The notes under the pieces are model-generated. The model saw only the letters and a list, made by a program, of their open reading frames with translations. It had not been told where the DNA came from and ran no database searches. The position numbers were made by a program, and so were the translations under genes. Below are positions 26,701-35,796 of a stretch of 64,000 nt of DNA, piece by piece (positions within the stretch are counted from its first letter, which is position 1; every line of letters starts with the position of its first letter). Origin of the DNA: Callorhinchus milii (lineage: Eukaryota); NCBI RefSeq assembly GCF_018977255.1, contig NW_024704742.1, forward strand, positions 133,426,001 through 133,490,000, given 5' to 3'.

Positions 26701-29700
26701 TTTACAGAGCAGAAATCTATCAGGTTTTAGCCTGGAAGACCATTTTGTTTCCAAATGTAAGATACAATACAATACAAAATTACATTTGCATAATGCCTTT
26801 CATGTTGGGAGGATGTTCCAAGGCACTGGACAGTCAGGGATTTGGACCCAAGCTGGGGGACAGGATTGGGGAGGGTGAAGGGCAGGGAAATAGAAAGGTG
26901 GCTGAAGGCTTGGTCAAAGAGGAGGGTTTTGAGATGCGCCTTGAATGAGCCAAGGGAGATCCCCCAGACACCAGGGTAATTCATAAAAGTTTCTTTCTTA
27001 GAACTTCACAAAATCTGCTTCCAAATTAAGGCTGGATTTAAGACAATCTTAATTTTTTACACATATTCCCTTAAAAGCTAAGACTGAGTGGGATTTGGAG
27101 CTTGATGTGGATGCATCTGAATGAATCCAATCAATAATAATAATAATAATCCTTGCATTTGACATGGTATTGACTGTGTATATTATGAACCAAATGCAGG
27201 AAAATTGGCTGGTATTTCCTCATAGCCTGACACTTACTTTGCTTAAGTTCATCAGCCAAAGAAAGTACGTGAATTGATCAGAAGGTTAGGCTGATGGTCG
27301 CATAGGGAGGCTAAATTGGCCCTGATCTTCCCAGGGGTAAGGGAGAGGAAAATCGGCCAGGGTTCCTGCTTCTGATTTCTGATCTCTCCACAACATCCTC
27401 TGCTGGAGGCAGCCAGATCAGGAGTTGTCAAGCTGGGCTGTGACCTATCTACACTTGAGTAACCTGTCGACACTCACTGCCAAGTCTCATACATGAACAA
27501 CGGCCACTTGGGCTTACGCCTATAGAACTGTATCCCAGAGAGAGGAAGCCAGAACATGAGCAGAGAAGGAGAAAAATTAGGAAGATTGAAAAAATAATAA
27601 GTGGGCGCGTAAAATGGCAAAGAGATCAGGAGGCTCATTGTAATAATAATACAACAAGTTGCATTTATATACAGCCTTCCACATCAGGAGGATGTCCCAA
27701 AATGCTGGAAGAGTTTGAGAAGTTTGCACCCGAGCTTGAGAGTTGGAATCAAGAGGAGTGGAGGGCAAAGGGGGTGGAGGTAGAAGGATTATTGGAGACA
27801 AAGTCAAAGAGGAAGGTCTTGAAATCGGCCTTCAAGGAGCCAAGGGAGGGTCGGTGACAAGGCAGAGGGCCTCCTGGTTGAAATTCCAGAGGATGGCAGC
27901 AGAAAGCGATGGTGGAATGGGCGGAGCGGGAACATGGAGCAGGCCAGAGCATGCCGATTGGAGGGAGTGGGCCAGTTCGTAATGGTATGGTAATCATCGC
28001 TGTGTTTGCTTTTTTATTCATTCAGGAGTCTATTTCTTTATTTTCAATATGATGAAGCACGAAGATGTGGCGGATACGTCCGTTTTCCTCATGCACAATG
28101 GCAATGCCGTCATAACTGTGTACAGGTATGAAAAGGCTACATCAAAAATAATCAGAATAATAATCCTTGCTTTTGATATAGTGCCTTATCATGCTGTTTG
28201 AGGTGTCTCAAAGTGCTTCACAGAATATATTGTAAACTGGAGTGTCTGTATTTGGACTGTGGAGTCCTGTAGCTCAGTAGGTAGAGCACTCGCCTAGCAA
28301 ATGAGAGGACCTGTGTTTGATTCCTGGGTGAAATATAGGCAAATTTCCTTACTCCACACCCCTCTGTTTACTTAGCAGTAAATAGGAACGCAGTTGTTAT
28401 TAGATTGTCGGATCGCTTTTCTGGGGCTAATAATCCCTTCAAAAAATAAATAAATAATAATTTGGTCACTCAATCCACGACTGTTTGTGGGACATTGCTA
28501 TGTGCAATTGGCTGCTGAGTTTCGGTCACAAATATACAGTCAATTCACTTTACAGTATGTTCTGTGAAGCACTTTTGAGATGTCTCGAAGACATGATATA
28601 TCAAGTGCAATGATTATTGTCAATATTATTATCTTGTGGAAGAAACAGAAATGGAGTAAGAATTGCGATGTTCATTGTTTAATGCTGGCGTAAACCCTTC
28701 CCCACAAGGTGGCAGCAATTCTAGACCAATGGTTCTCAAACCAATTTTTTTNGGTGGCCTCAATGGGCAGAGTGTCCGCAATGCGACTTTTCGTAATCTG
28801 CTACACCTCCTCCTTTCTTGAAACCAGCCAGCGTGCGGAGGGAGACAGAGAGGAAGGGAGAGACAGAGACCACGCATTGCAGAAACACTGCTCTAGATGA
28901 TTGGTTTTGTACCTTTTCGTTCCCAGCCCACATCATTGTTAAAAAATCTGATCTGAGGCAAACAATTTTTACCTTGTAAATGTTGGACCCTTCACAGAGC
29001 TGTGTGATTGCCCGAGGTGCCGCACTATGGCTGAGATGTTAAACCGAGATCCCGTCTGCCTGTTCAGATGGCTATTAAAGATTCCATCCTCGCTATTTGA
29101 AAATAGAAGGGCGTTTCTCCCAGTGTCCTGGCCAACTATCCTCCCTCGGATAAAAATTCTGTGAGGCGCTTTGAGATGTCCTGCCAAATTGCAAGACTGT
29201 GTATTAAATGCAAGGATTATTCTAATTAGTATTAATGATATTAATAACTGATTAGTATTAATGATATTAATAACTGATAACTGATGTGATAAGGAGCTGT
29301 ATCAAATGCAAGGATTATTATTTTTACAGTAAAGCCTCTGAAGCTGTTTGAGATATACTGCTGAAGAGCAAGACCATGTATCAAATGCATGCACTATTAT
29401 TAATAACTAGCTTAAACTTATCTCACTCCGTGACAATTTGTGGGAAACTGCTGTGCCCAACTGGCTGTCGTGTTTCACCCACAAAATACAGTCAATCCAC
29501 TTTAAAGTATGAAGCGCTTTGAGACGGCTCAACAATACGATAATAATAATCATAATAATCCTTGCATTTGATATAGCGCCTTATCAAGTCTTCAAGACAC
29601 GTCTCAAAGCGCTTCTCAGAATATACCGTAAAGTGTATATTTTGTGGGCGAAACAAGGCGCCAAATGAAATTCAAGGATTATCATTATATTGTTATGATT

Positions 29701-29958
29701 AAATTGGTACATGTGACGGGACATTCTGGTGGTGCAGCTTCCTGCGTAGCATTTGCGACCCGCCAAGATGATTAATGTTCTTTGCTATTCCCTTTCAGCT
29801 CTGAGGCGAAAGGCAAACATGACAGCTCAGGGAACAGTGGAGTGCTTAAGCTTTCCACAGGTGACGAAGTGTGGCTGAGGATGGGAAATGGAGCTCTCTA
29901 CGGGGACCATCAACGTTTCTGTACATTCTCTGGGTTCCTACTCTTCGAGCTCAACTAA
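9987..29958 (+). CDS. C1QTNF3: Complement C1q/TNF-related protein 3 (CTRP3), spliced CDS join(9987..10070,19936..20047,22752..22906,24391..24520,28026..28125,29799..29958), 246 aa
   Basis: Manual splicing gives 84+112+155+130+100+160=741 nt in one frame with GT..AG introns. The product has CTRP3-diagnostic motifs [15 protein letters not shown], Cxx[57 protein letters not shown] and GDHQRF, closely matching human CTRP3 as I recall it. Confidence 0.96.
11530..12700 (+). mobile_element. Two L2 3' fragments (11530-12020 and 12250-12700)
   Basis: [14 protein letters not shown] / FKALHGLAP / APTLWNS motifs, each fragment ending in gacgtgaaaggcg..aaatgtaattttgttgttg. Confidence 0.85.
15353..15673 (+). 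mobile_element. Young tRNA-Ala-derived SINE, short form
   Basis: A box TAGCTCAGTGG, B box GAGTTCAATCC, TGC anticodon loop, Deu-like core GTGGGACATTGCTGTGCGCAATTGGCTGCC, L2-like 3' stem-loop, (TTA)n tail; possible aactt TSD. Confidence 0.9.
16700..17640 (+). mobile_element. CR1-clade LINE 3' fragment
   Basis: [49 protein letters not shown]-type tail. Other CR1 pieces at 1-115, 2180-2480, 32400-32690, 33985-34190, 38200-38450 (-). Confidence 0.9.
18071..18394 (-). mobile_element. Young tRNA-Ala-derived SINE, short form
   Basis: Near-identical reverse complement of the 15353 copy. Confidence 0.9.
18400..19190 (-). mobile_element. L2 LINE 3' fragment
   Basis: Remnant [19 protein letters not shown]; pyrimidine-rich 3' UTR. 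Confidence 0.8.
19936..20047 (+). CDS. C1QTNF3: C1QTNF3 coding exon 2: [37 protein letters not shown](G)
   Basis: T-rich tract plus cacag acceptor; CxxCC motif and start of the collagen repeat; donor G|gtaact, phase 1. Confidence 0.92.
20300..21300 (-). mobile_element. Young 5'-truncated L2 LINE nested in an older + strand L2 fragment (~20150-21600)
   Basis: 230-aa ORF with [39 protein letters not shown]; (CAA)n tail at 20301-20321; host reads ...ctgctta | gcttactcccc... Confidence 0.9.
20395..20530. repeat. G-rich minisatellite, about 3 copies of ~47 bp, in the L2 3' UTR
   Basis: ggggggaaatggtcagggtgaggggagggaagggaggg is repeated three times. Confidence 0.9.
22752..22906 (+). CDS. C1QTNF3: C1QTNF3 coding exon 3 (collagen domain): (G)[51 protein letters not shown]
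   Basis: Acceptor caacag; uninterrupted Gly-X-Y; donor AAG|gtataa, phase 0. Confidence 0.96.
24391..24520 (+). CDS. C1QTNF3: C1QTNF3 coding exon 4 (C1q domain start): [43 protein letters not shown](G)
   Basis: Acceptor ccgcag; corresponds to the start of ORF 24391..24630; donor G|gtaggc, phase 1. Confidence 0.97.
24668..24820. repeat. AT-rich low-complexity (TTAA/ATT) tract in intron 4
   Basis: attaataattaattattata...ctaattaattaaac. Confidence 0.8.
28026..28125 (+). CDS. C1QTNF3: C1QTNF3 coding exon 5: (G)[32 protein letters not shown](S)
   Basis: Acceptor cattcag after a T-tract; C1q motif GVYFF; donor AG|gtatga, phase 2. Confidence 0.96.
28259..28630 (+). mobile_element. tRNA-Ala-derived SINE, long form (other copies ~40260-40625 +, ~55694-56045 +, ~5510-5790 -, ~60018-60335 +)
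   Basis: Same head and tail as the short form, plus an internal ctctgtttacctagcagtaagtaggaac...gatcgctttcc segment. Confidence 0.85.
28727..28890. mobile_element. Putative non-autonomous hAT (Charlie-like) DNA transposon in intron 5
   Basis: Imperfect TIRs caatggttctcaaa / ttgcagaaacactg with 8-bp flanks ttctagac and ctctagat, which fit the NTCTAGAN target preference. Confidence 0.6.
29799..29958 (+). CDS. C1QTNF3: C1QTNF3 last coding exon: [52 protein letters not shown]
   Basis: Acceptor ccctttcag; C1q C-terminal motifs LxLxxGDEVWL and FSGFLL; TAA at 29956-29958. Confidence 0.96.
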
Positions 29959-30163
29959 AAACAACAATAAATCTCCCAAACGGGTTAAATCCAAGGATTA
30001 TTATTATTAGGTACGGTAATGCTTACCGATCCGATTTAACCCTTCACAGCCTTCGTTTGCACGAGTCCGTCCTAGTCCGTTTAAAGTGATGAGGAAATGT
30101 TCGGTAAAGCATAAAAGTTATTCGTCTTCTGTTTGGGTTTGGAATTGCAGTTCCTCTCCCTTC

Positions 30164-30260
30164 ACACATATACACATATGTAAGCACATATAGATAAATA
30201 TACATACATAAACACATACACACACAGATACATACACACACAGATGCATACATATACATA
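30164..30260. repeat. Degenerate (CA)/(TA) microsatellite downstream of the C1QTNF3 stop
   Basis: cacacatatacacatat...catacacacaca. Confidence 0.85.
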
Positions 30261-30489
30261 GGTTTCGCTCACAAAATACACAGTCAATCTACTTTACAAT
30301 ATATCCTGTGAAGCACTTTGAGATGTCTCAATGATGTGATAAGGCGCTATATCAAAAGCAAGGTTCATTATTATCATTATTATACACACAGATGCACTGT
30401 TTGATTTTCCTGCACCAAGGTTCTTTTGTCTTGACCAGTGTGGAATTTATGGCCAGACAAGAACACTATAGCTTTGGCAACAACAACTT

Positions 30490-31096
30490 ACATTTACAGA
30501 GCACCTTTCATCATGTAGGGTAATGTCTCGGAACACTTGGAGAGCTTGCAATGATCGAAAAATTATCTGTGTCAGACCTCTGTGAGGAAGCTTGGTGTGA
30601 CTCTTATCTTTCTTGCCTTCAATTTTTCTCCTGCCCATTGCATAAAGATCCTAGTTACACAGTGCAGTGTCTCAAATCCAGTTTTCTTATTGAGAGAGAA
30701 AAAAATGGCAAAATACTGCAGATGCCGGAAATCTGAAATAAATACAGAAATGGCTGGGAACACAGCAGGTCAGCCACTATCTATGGAGAGAGGAAAATGA
30801 TAAAGGATCATCAAGCTGAAAGGTTAATTCACTTTCCTCTCTCCAGAGATGCTGCCTGTGCTGCTGTGCATTCCCTTCCCAGTGTTTTTTACATTTACTG
30901 AGCACCCTTCATCACATAGGGTAATGCCTCGGAACACTTGGAGAGCTTGCAATGATCGAAAAATTATATGTGTCAGACCTCTGTGAGGAAGCTTGGTGTG
31001 ACTCTCATCTCTCATCTTTCTTGCCTTCAACTTTTGTCCTGCCCATTGCATAAAGATCCTAGTTACACAGTGCAGTGTTTTTTTTCTTATTGAGAG
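30490..31096. repeat. ~206-bp direct duplication (30490-30696, 30891-31096) flanking an inverted pair of Penelope terminal fragments (30697-30890)
   Basis: Directly visible repeated text ggaacacttggagagcttgcaatgatcgaaaaatta...ctagttacacagtgcagtgt; the insert has arms tggagagaggaaa / tttcctctctcca. Confidence 0.9.
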
Positions 31097-32332
31097 CACC
31101 GATGACATTGCCCCAATCAGTCCCTCACACAACCCTCCCAGCCCCACAAAGGGTGGGCGGGTAAAAAAGGAGGGTTGGGGGGGGGGGGGGGGGGAGTCAG
31201 GTCAAAGCTCAAGAACGAGGACACAATCCTTCAGAGTTTACTCTTGGTTATTATCTTATTGAGAAATTCGTCTTTTGATGTTTGGTTACAGAGGTCAGTC
31301 TGATGCAAGAGTTAAACTAAAATTTCCCCTTAGCTCATAGGTCAATTTCTTTGTAAGATTATGGGTCGTAAACCTTCCCTTGCTGGATGGCGAATGATCA
31401 GGGTATAGTAAGCGGGAACTCCTTGGAGCTGAACTGGCTTCAATGTCACATGCCTGGCAATGGAATACAGCAATCGAGCCAACCCTCTGTGGCAGTCTCG
31501 GTAGTCCAGCGCTCTGGGAAACTACCATGTGTGAGGAGCACTATGTAAATGCAAGTTGTTGTTGGTATTATCCAGTTCCTGAGCCAGATGGGTCCACAGT
31601 TTTCCAGGGCACTGCTGATGATGGCACAGCCCGGACTGGATCATCGGCAGGACCTGGAGGTGCAGGCTGGGGGAAAGCATCCATCTCGCTCAATTCTTAT
31701 TAACATTGCAAGCCAGTGCTCTAATGGGTAGGGTGGTTCTAGCTGGACAAGCAACAGAAGTGCTCCCAATGGCAATCTATGTGTTTTTAGCTGAATAAAC
31801 TCCAGCAGTATACTCTGGGATCACCAAGCCTTATCTGACAAATACAAAGTAAAGTTTGAAGGATTCACTCTTTCTGTCTTCAATGACAGCTCATCTCAGT
31901 CTTTCCACTCACCCAACTCACAGTGGATGAGTGGACACTTGTCAAATCTAGCTACGATTTTGCACAAACATTTTTAATTCCTTGTTACTGGGCCTCCGAA
32001 GCAAGGAACAGTGTAAAAGATGTCCCTGCATTAATAATAAGGCATTGTTAATGTATGCTATCAAATAAAATGTACTTTGTGTGAACATTTGGAGTAAAGT
32101 TGAAACTTATTATCAAGTGAAATGTCAGAAGAGTGCTCACATTTTGAAGGTTGGTAATTTCAGAAGTAAACGTAAGGACGTGGGGCCAAAATGTGGTGTG
32201 TGATTTGATAATTATGTGGAACACAACACATGCTAAAAAGCATTATAACACAATTTCATTAATGTATGAAAAACCATGTTGGTAGCAGTTGCAGACTCTG
32301 TACATGTTCTGATGTTGAGTGTTATGACAGCA

Positions 32333-32338
32333 AATAAA
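32333..32338 (+). terminator. Candidate distal polyadenylation signal of C1QTNF3 (alternatives at 29966-29971 and 32064-32069)
   Basis: AATAAA followed by GT/T-rich sequence at the end of a unique AT-rich stretch, just before a CR1 fragment. Confidence 0.4.
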
Positions 32339-34255
32339 ATAATATATAAGACACAATTCATGCTTCATTGCTTATGGCTTGTGTGATTATTTTCACTGGA
32401 ACAGAGGAAGTTCAGGAAAGACATGATAGATGTCTTCATAACAATGAGGGGTTTTGATAGAATCAACAGAGAGAAATTATTTCCATTCAACGGTGAGATA
32501 ATAACTGGGGGGGGGAAGGGGGGGGGAGTGATAATTTAAAATAGTTTGCAAAAGCGTAGTGGAAGGTTACGAGAATTTGTTTTTTTAACACAAAATTGTT
32601 GGATGTGGAATGTTCTGCTCGGTGCATTTGGTTGAGACAGGATCAAATTATTTATATTTTAAGAGGAAACTAGTTAGATATCTAAAAATAAATAATTGAC
32701 GTCAAAATTTCACATTTGAGAGCACATTTCATTTCCTCGTCTATAAGCTCAAAATCCCCAATGTAGGGCCTGAACCCAAAACCTTTTAACTAAGAGGCCA
32801 GAGTGCTACCAAGTGAGCCAGGTTCACAGTAACAGTGAGGCTGAAATCAATCACATGAGCTGACATGATCCAAACTGCAGGGATTTGTCGGAGGGGGAGG
32901 TGTGGTGGGGGATGTGTAGTTTCAATGTAAAAATGCACGAGGAGCTCATGGGGGGTAGGGCATTGTGCTTTCCGATGATAGGGACAAGGTGCAATTGTAA
33001 TCGGAAGTGCAGTGAGAAAATTATACCTATTGTACATTACACAACAGCAACAACTTGCATTTATATAGCACCCTTCACACCGGACAGCGTCTCAGAGCGT
33101 TTTCCACACAGATTGATACAGCATGGAAACACCCCACTTGCTCTGAATAGTCCATTCTGTTGTTTATACTCCACATGAGCCCCCACTTCTCCTATTCTCC
33201 TCTCCTGTACCCCACTATTCCCTTCTCCCTTGTGTACGCATCGTTTTTTTCTAAAATACATTGATTTTTTTNGCTTCAAACACAGCTTCCAGCAGTGAGT
33301 TCTGCACTCTCACCATCTTTTGTATCAATAATTGCCTCCTAAACTCCCTATCAGATCTCCCACTCGCTATTTTATATTTATGTCATGTCCCTCTAGTTAT
33401 GAACTCAACAACAAGTGGATACTGCCTGTCTACGTTATCCCTTTTGAGTCCTTTCCTAGTAGTCTTGAACAAGCCAAGTAACATCAAGAACTAATTAAAA
33501 AAAGCACTTTGCAACTTTCGAAGCTAGTGCGAAAGATTGAAGCTATTCATTGCTGCTGATAGTTGTGCAATATCTCTTGTCGTTAAAGATGATTTGGCAA
33601 CAAGAATATTAAGGAAACCTTTTACAGTGTGTTAATCGCAGTCTATCACTTGATTAATCTGTAAAACTGCTGGTTATCTGGCTCCTTTGCTCCACTGTTC
33701 GATCTATCTTGCTTTCATGGGCTTTTTTATGCTTACTTTTCATTTTTCAGATCCCTGCTCCCCCTCTCCCTCCCCCTCCGCACGCTTCATTAACCTCTAA
33801 TGGCCATCATCAATTAGAGCGCACAGGCTGAATGATATTCCTTGACTTTGATGCAGCACCTAGGATGCTGGAGAGGCTCAAAGCACTTCACTATGTACTT
33901 TGTAGACGAACATAGCAGTTAATATGCCCAGGGCAGCTCCCCACCAACAGCCGTGAAGTGAATAACCAATTTAATTTGAGGATCGTTCACCAGATTTATA
34001 CCAGGGAATGTGGGACTTCAATTATATGGAGAGATAAGAGAGACTGGGATTATTACACTTAAAGCAGGTAAGGCTGAGGGGAAATTTAATAGAAGCATTC
34101 AAAATAATGAGGGGTTTTGAGAGAATAGATAGGGAGAAATTGTTTTCTCTGGCAGGGGGATCGGTAATCAGAGGACACAGACTTAAGATAAATCTTCCCC
34201 ATTTTGAAATTACATGCCTCTCCGAGTCAGATATATAAGCACGTGATCTCTTCAT

Positions 34256-34414
34256 GAGACCCCATCGTGAGCAGCGAGTGTAGTAAACTACATTGGTGGT
34301 AGTACACGCAAATCGTGGCCTCACTTGAAATCTGTGTTTAGGGCCCTGACTCTGGTATGGGAGGAGGTGAAAGGACAGGCATTGTGTCTCCTGCGCTGGC
34401 ATGGGAAGGTGCCG
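34256..34414 (-). mobile_element. Inverted upstream part of the same Penelope-like ORF
   Basis: The minus strand reads GTFPCQRRRHNACPFTSS../GPKHRFQVRPRFACTTTNVVYYTRCSRWGL, i.e. the Cys-rich linker and first half of the GIY-YIG motif. Confidence 0.8.
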
Positions 34415-34529
34415 GCCTTTTATTAGTCCTGTTGACCTATCATCAGTCATTAAAATCAGCCTGATCTGTACTGTTTCTGACAGATTTGCACTTGTCAGTA
34501 TGGGGAGAGTGGGGAGGTGCCGTAGGTTT

Positions 34530-35400
34530 CCTCTACAGTGGGGAGACCAAATGCAGATTCAGTGACCTATTTGTCGAACGTCTCCGTTCATGCACGCAAG
34601 CTCAACCCTGAGCTTCCGGTTTCTTGCCATTTCAACTCTCCCTCCCACTCACATTCTGCCCTTTCCATCCACGGTCTCCTTCGCTGTTCAAATAAGCCAC
34701 AGCGCAAGCTCGAGGAACATCACCTGATTTATCTGCCTTCCTCACTCCCTTCGTCTCGCTCCCTCCCTTCCCATTTTCAGGTCTCTGCTGAAGACCTTTC
34801 TTTTCGACTGCGCCTTTGGTCACCTTCCTCCTCCTCCCCCCGGCTCGGCCCCGGGATCTGTTACTGTAAAGCCCTCTGAGACGCCGTCTGGAGTGGAGGG
34901 CGCTACAAAAATACAAGTTTTTGTTGTTGTTGTTGTAGGGACCTTACAACCCACTGTCCTCAACATTGATTTCAACAATTTCAGACCAAAACAGCTCACT
35001 TTCCTCGTCCTGCTCTTCTGTGGCTATTACCACACCATCTTGGTCCCAGACACACCTTTTCTCTCCTTGATTTGCCTATTTTGTTGTAAGTTCTTCCCCT
35101 GACCCCACCTTTTTGTTCCGCAGTATTAACACCTCTATTTTCCTGCTTTGTTACAATCCCCCTTTTGTTTTGCATCACTAACACCACTTTAACCCATCAT
35201 CCCCTGTGCTCTACCCCATTTTCTCCTTTGTCTTCCTTGCCCTGCCTCTCGCCTCTCTGTCGGCCCTTAAAAGCCACTCCCTCCCAACATGTCCCGGTTC
35301 TGACGAAGGGTCGTGGACCCGAAACCTTGACTCACTTTCCTTTCTCTATAGATGCTGCCTGACCTGCTGAGTGTTCCCGGCGACTTCTGTTTTTGTTTTC
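34530..35400 (+). mobile_element. Penelope-like element 3' part: GIY-YIG endonuclease remnant plus terminal repeat, interrupted by an L2 tail at ~34735-34935
   Basis: Translates to LYSGETK.., PVSCHFNSPSHSH..HGLLRC..RKLEEHHLIY and, after the L2 insert, GTLQPTVLNIDFNNFR; terminus ctgacgaagggtc..gacccgaaac..gatgctgcctgacctgctgag. Confidence 0.85.
35296..35333 (+). ncRNA. Minimal type I hammerhead ribozyme-like motif in a Penelope terminus (probably mutated at helix III)
   Basis: GGTT-CTGACGA-A-GGGTC-GTG-GACCC-GAAAC-CTT-GACT: both conserved core boxes, a perfect 5-bp helix II and a short helix I. Confidence 0.6.
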
Positions 35401-35472
35401 TAATAAAAGGCTGTCAGGTTCCACAACAAAAGCAATTACTATTGTTCGAGAACAAATGAGAGACCTGGGTTT

Positions 35473-35796
35473 GTGGAGTCCTGTAGCTCAGTGGTTAGAG
35501 CACTCACTTTGCAAGCGAGAGACCCGAGTTCAATTCCAGGCAGAGGGCGAAACCTTGGGCAAGTTTCCTTACTCCACACAGAGCCTAATAATAATCCCTC
35601 CAAAAAACTAAAAAACAATAATAAATTGGTCATTTTCAATCTACGACTGTTTGTGGGACATTGCTGTGCGCAATTGGCTGCCGCATTCGCCCACAAATAT
35701 ACAGTCAATTCACTTCACAGTGTGTTCTGTGAAGCGCTTTGGGACGTCCTCCTGACGTGAAAAGCGCTATATCAAATGCAAGGATTATTATTATTA
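35473..35796 (+). mobile_element. Young tRNA-Ala-derived SINE, short form, inserted into an older long-form copy
   Basis: Near-identical to the 15353 copy; the flanks gagagacctgggttt and attcctggcagggcaaa rejoin into an older SINE head. Confidence 0.9.

Noticed and set aside
29225..29276. 26-bp tandem duplication with internal palindromes
   Set aside because: AT-rich slippage product between SINE tails; no sign of function.
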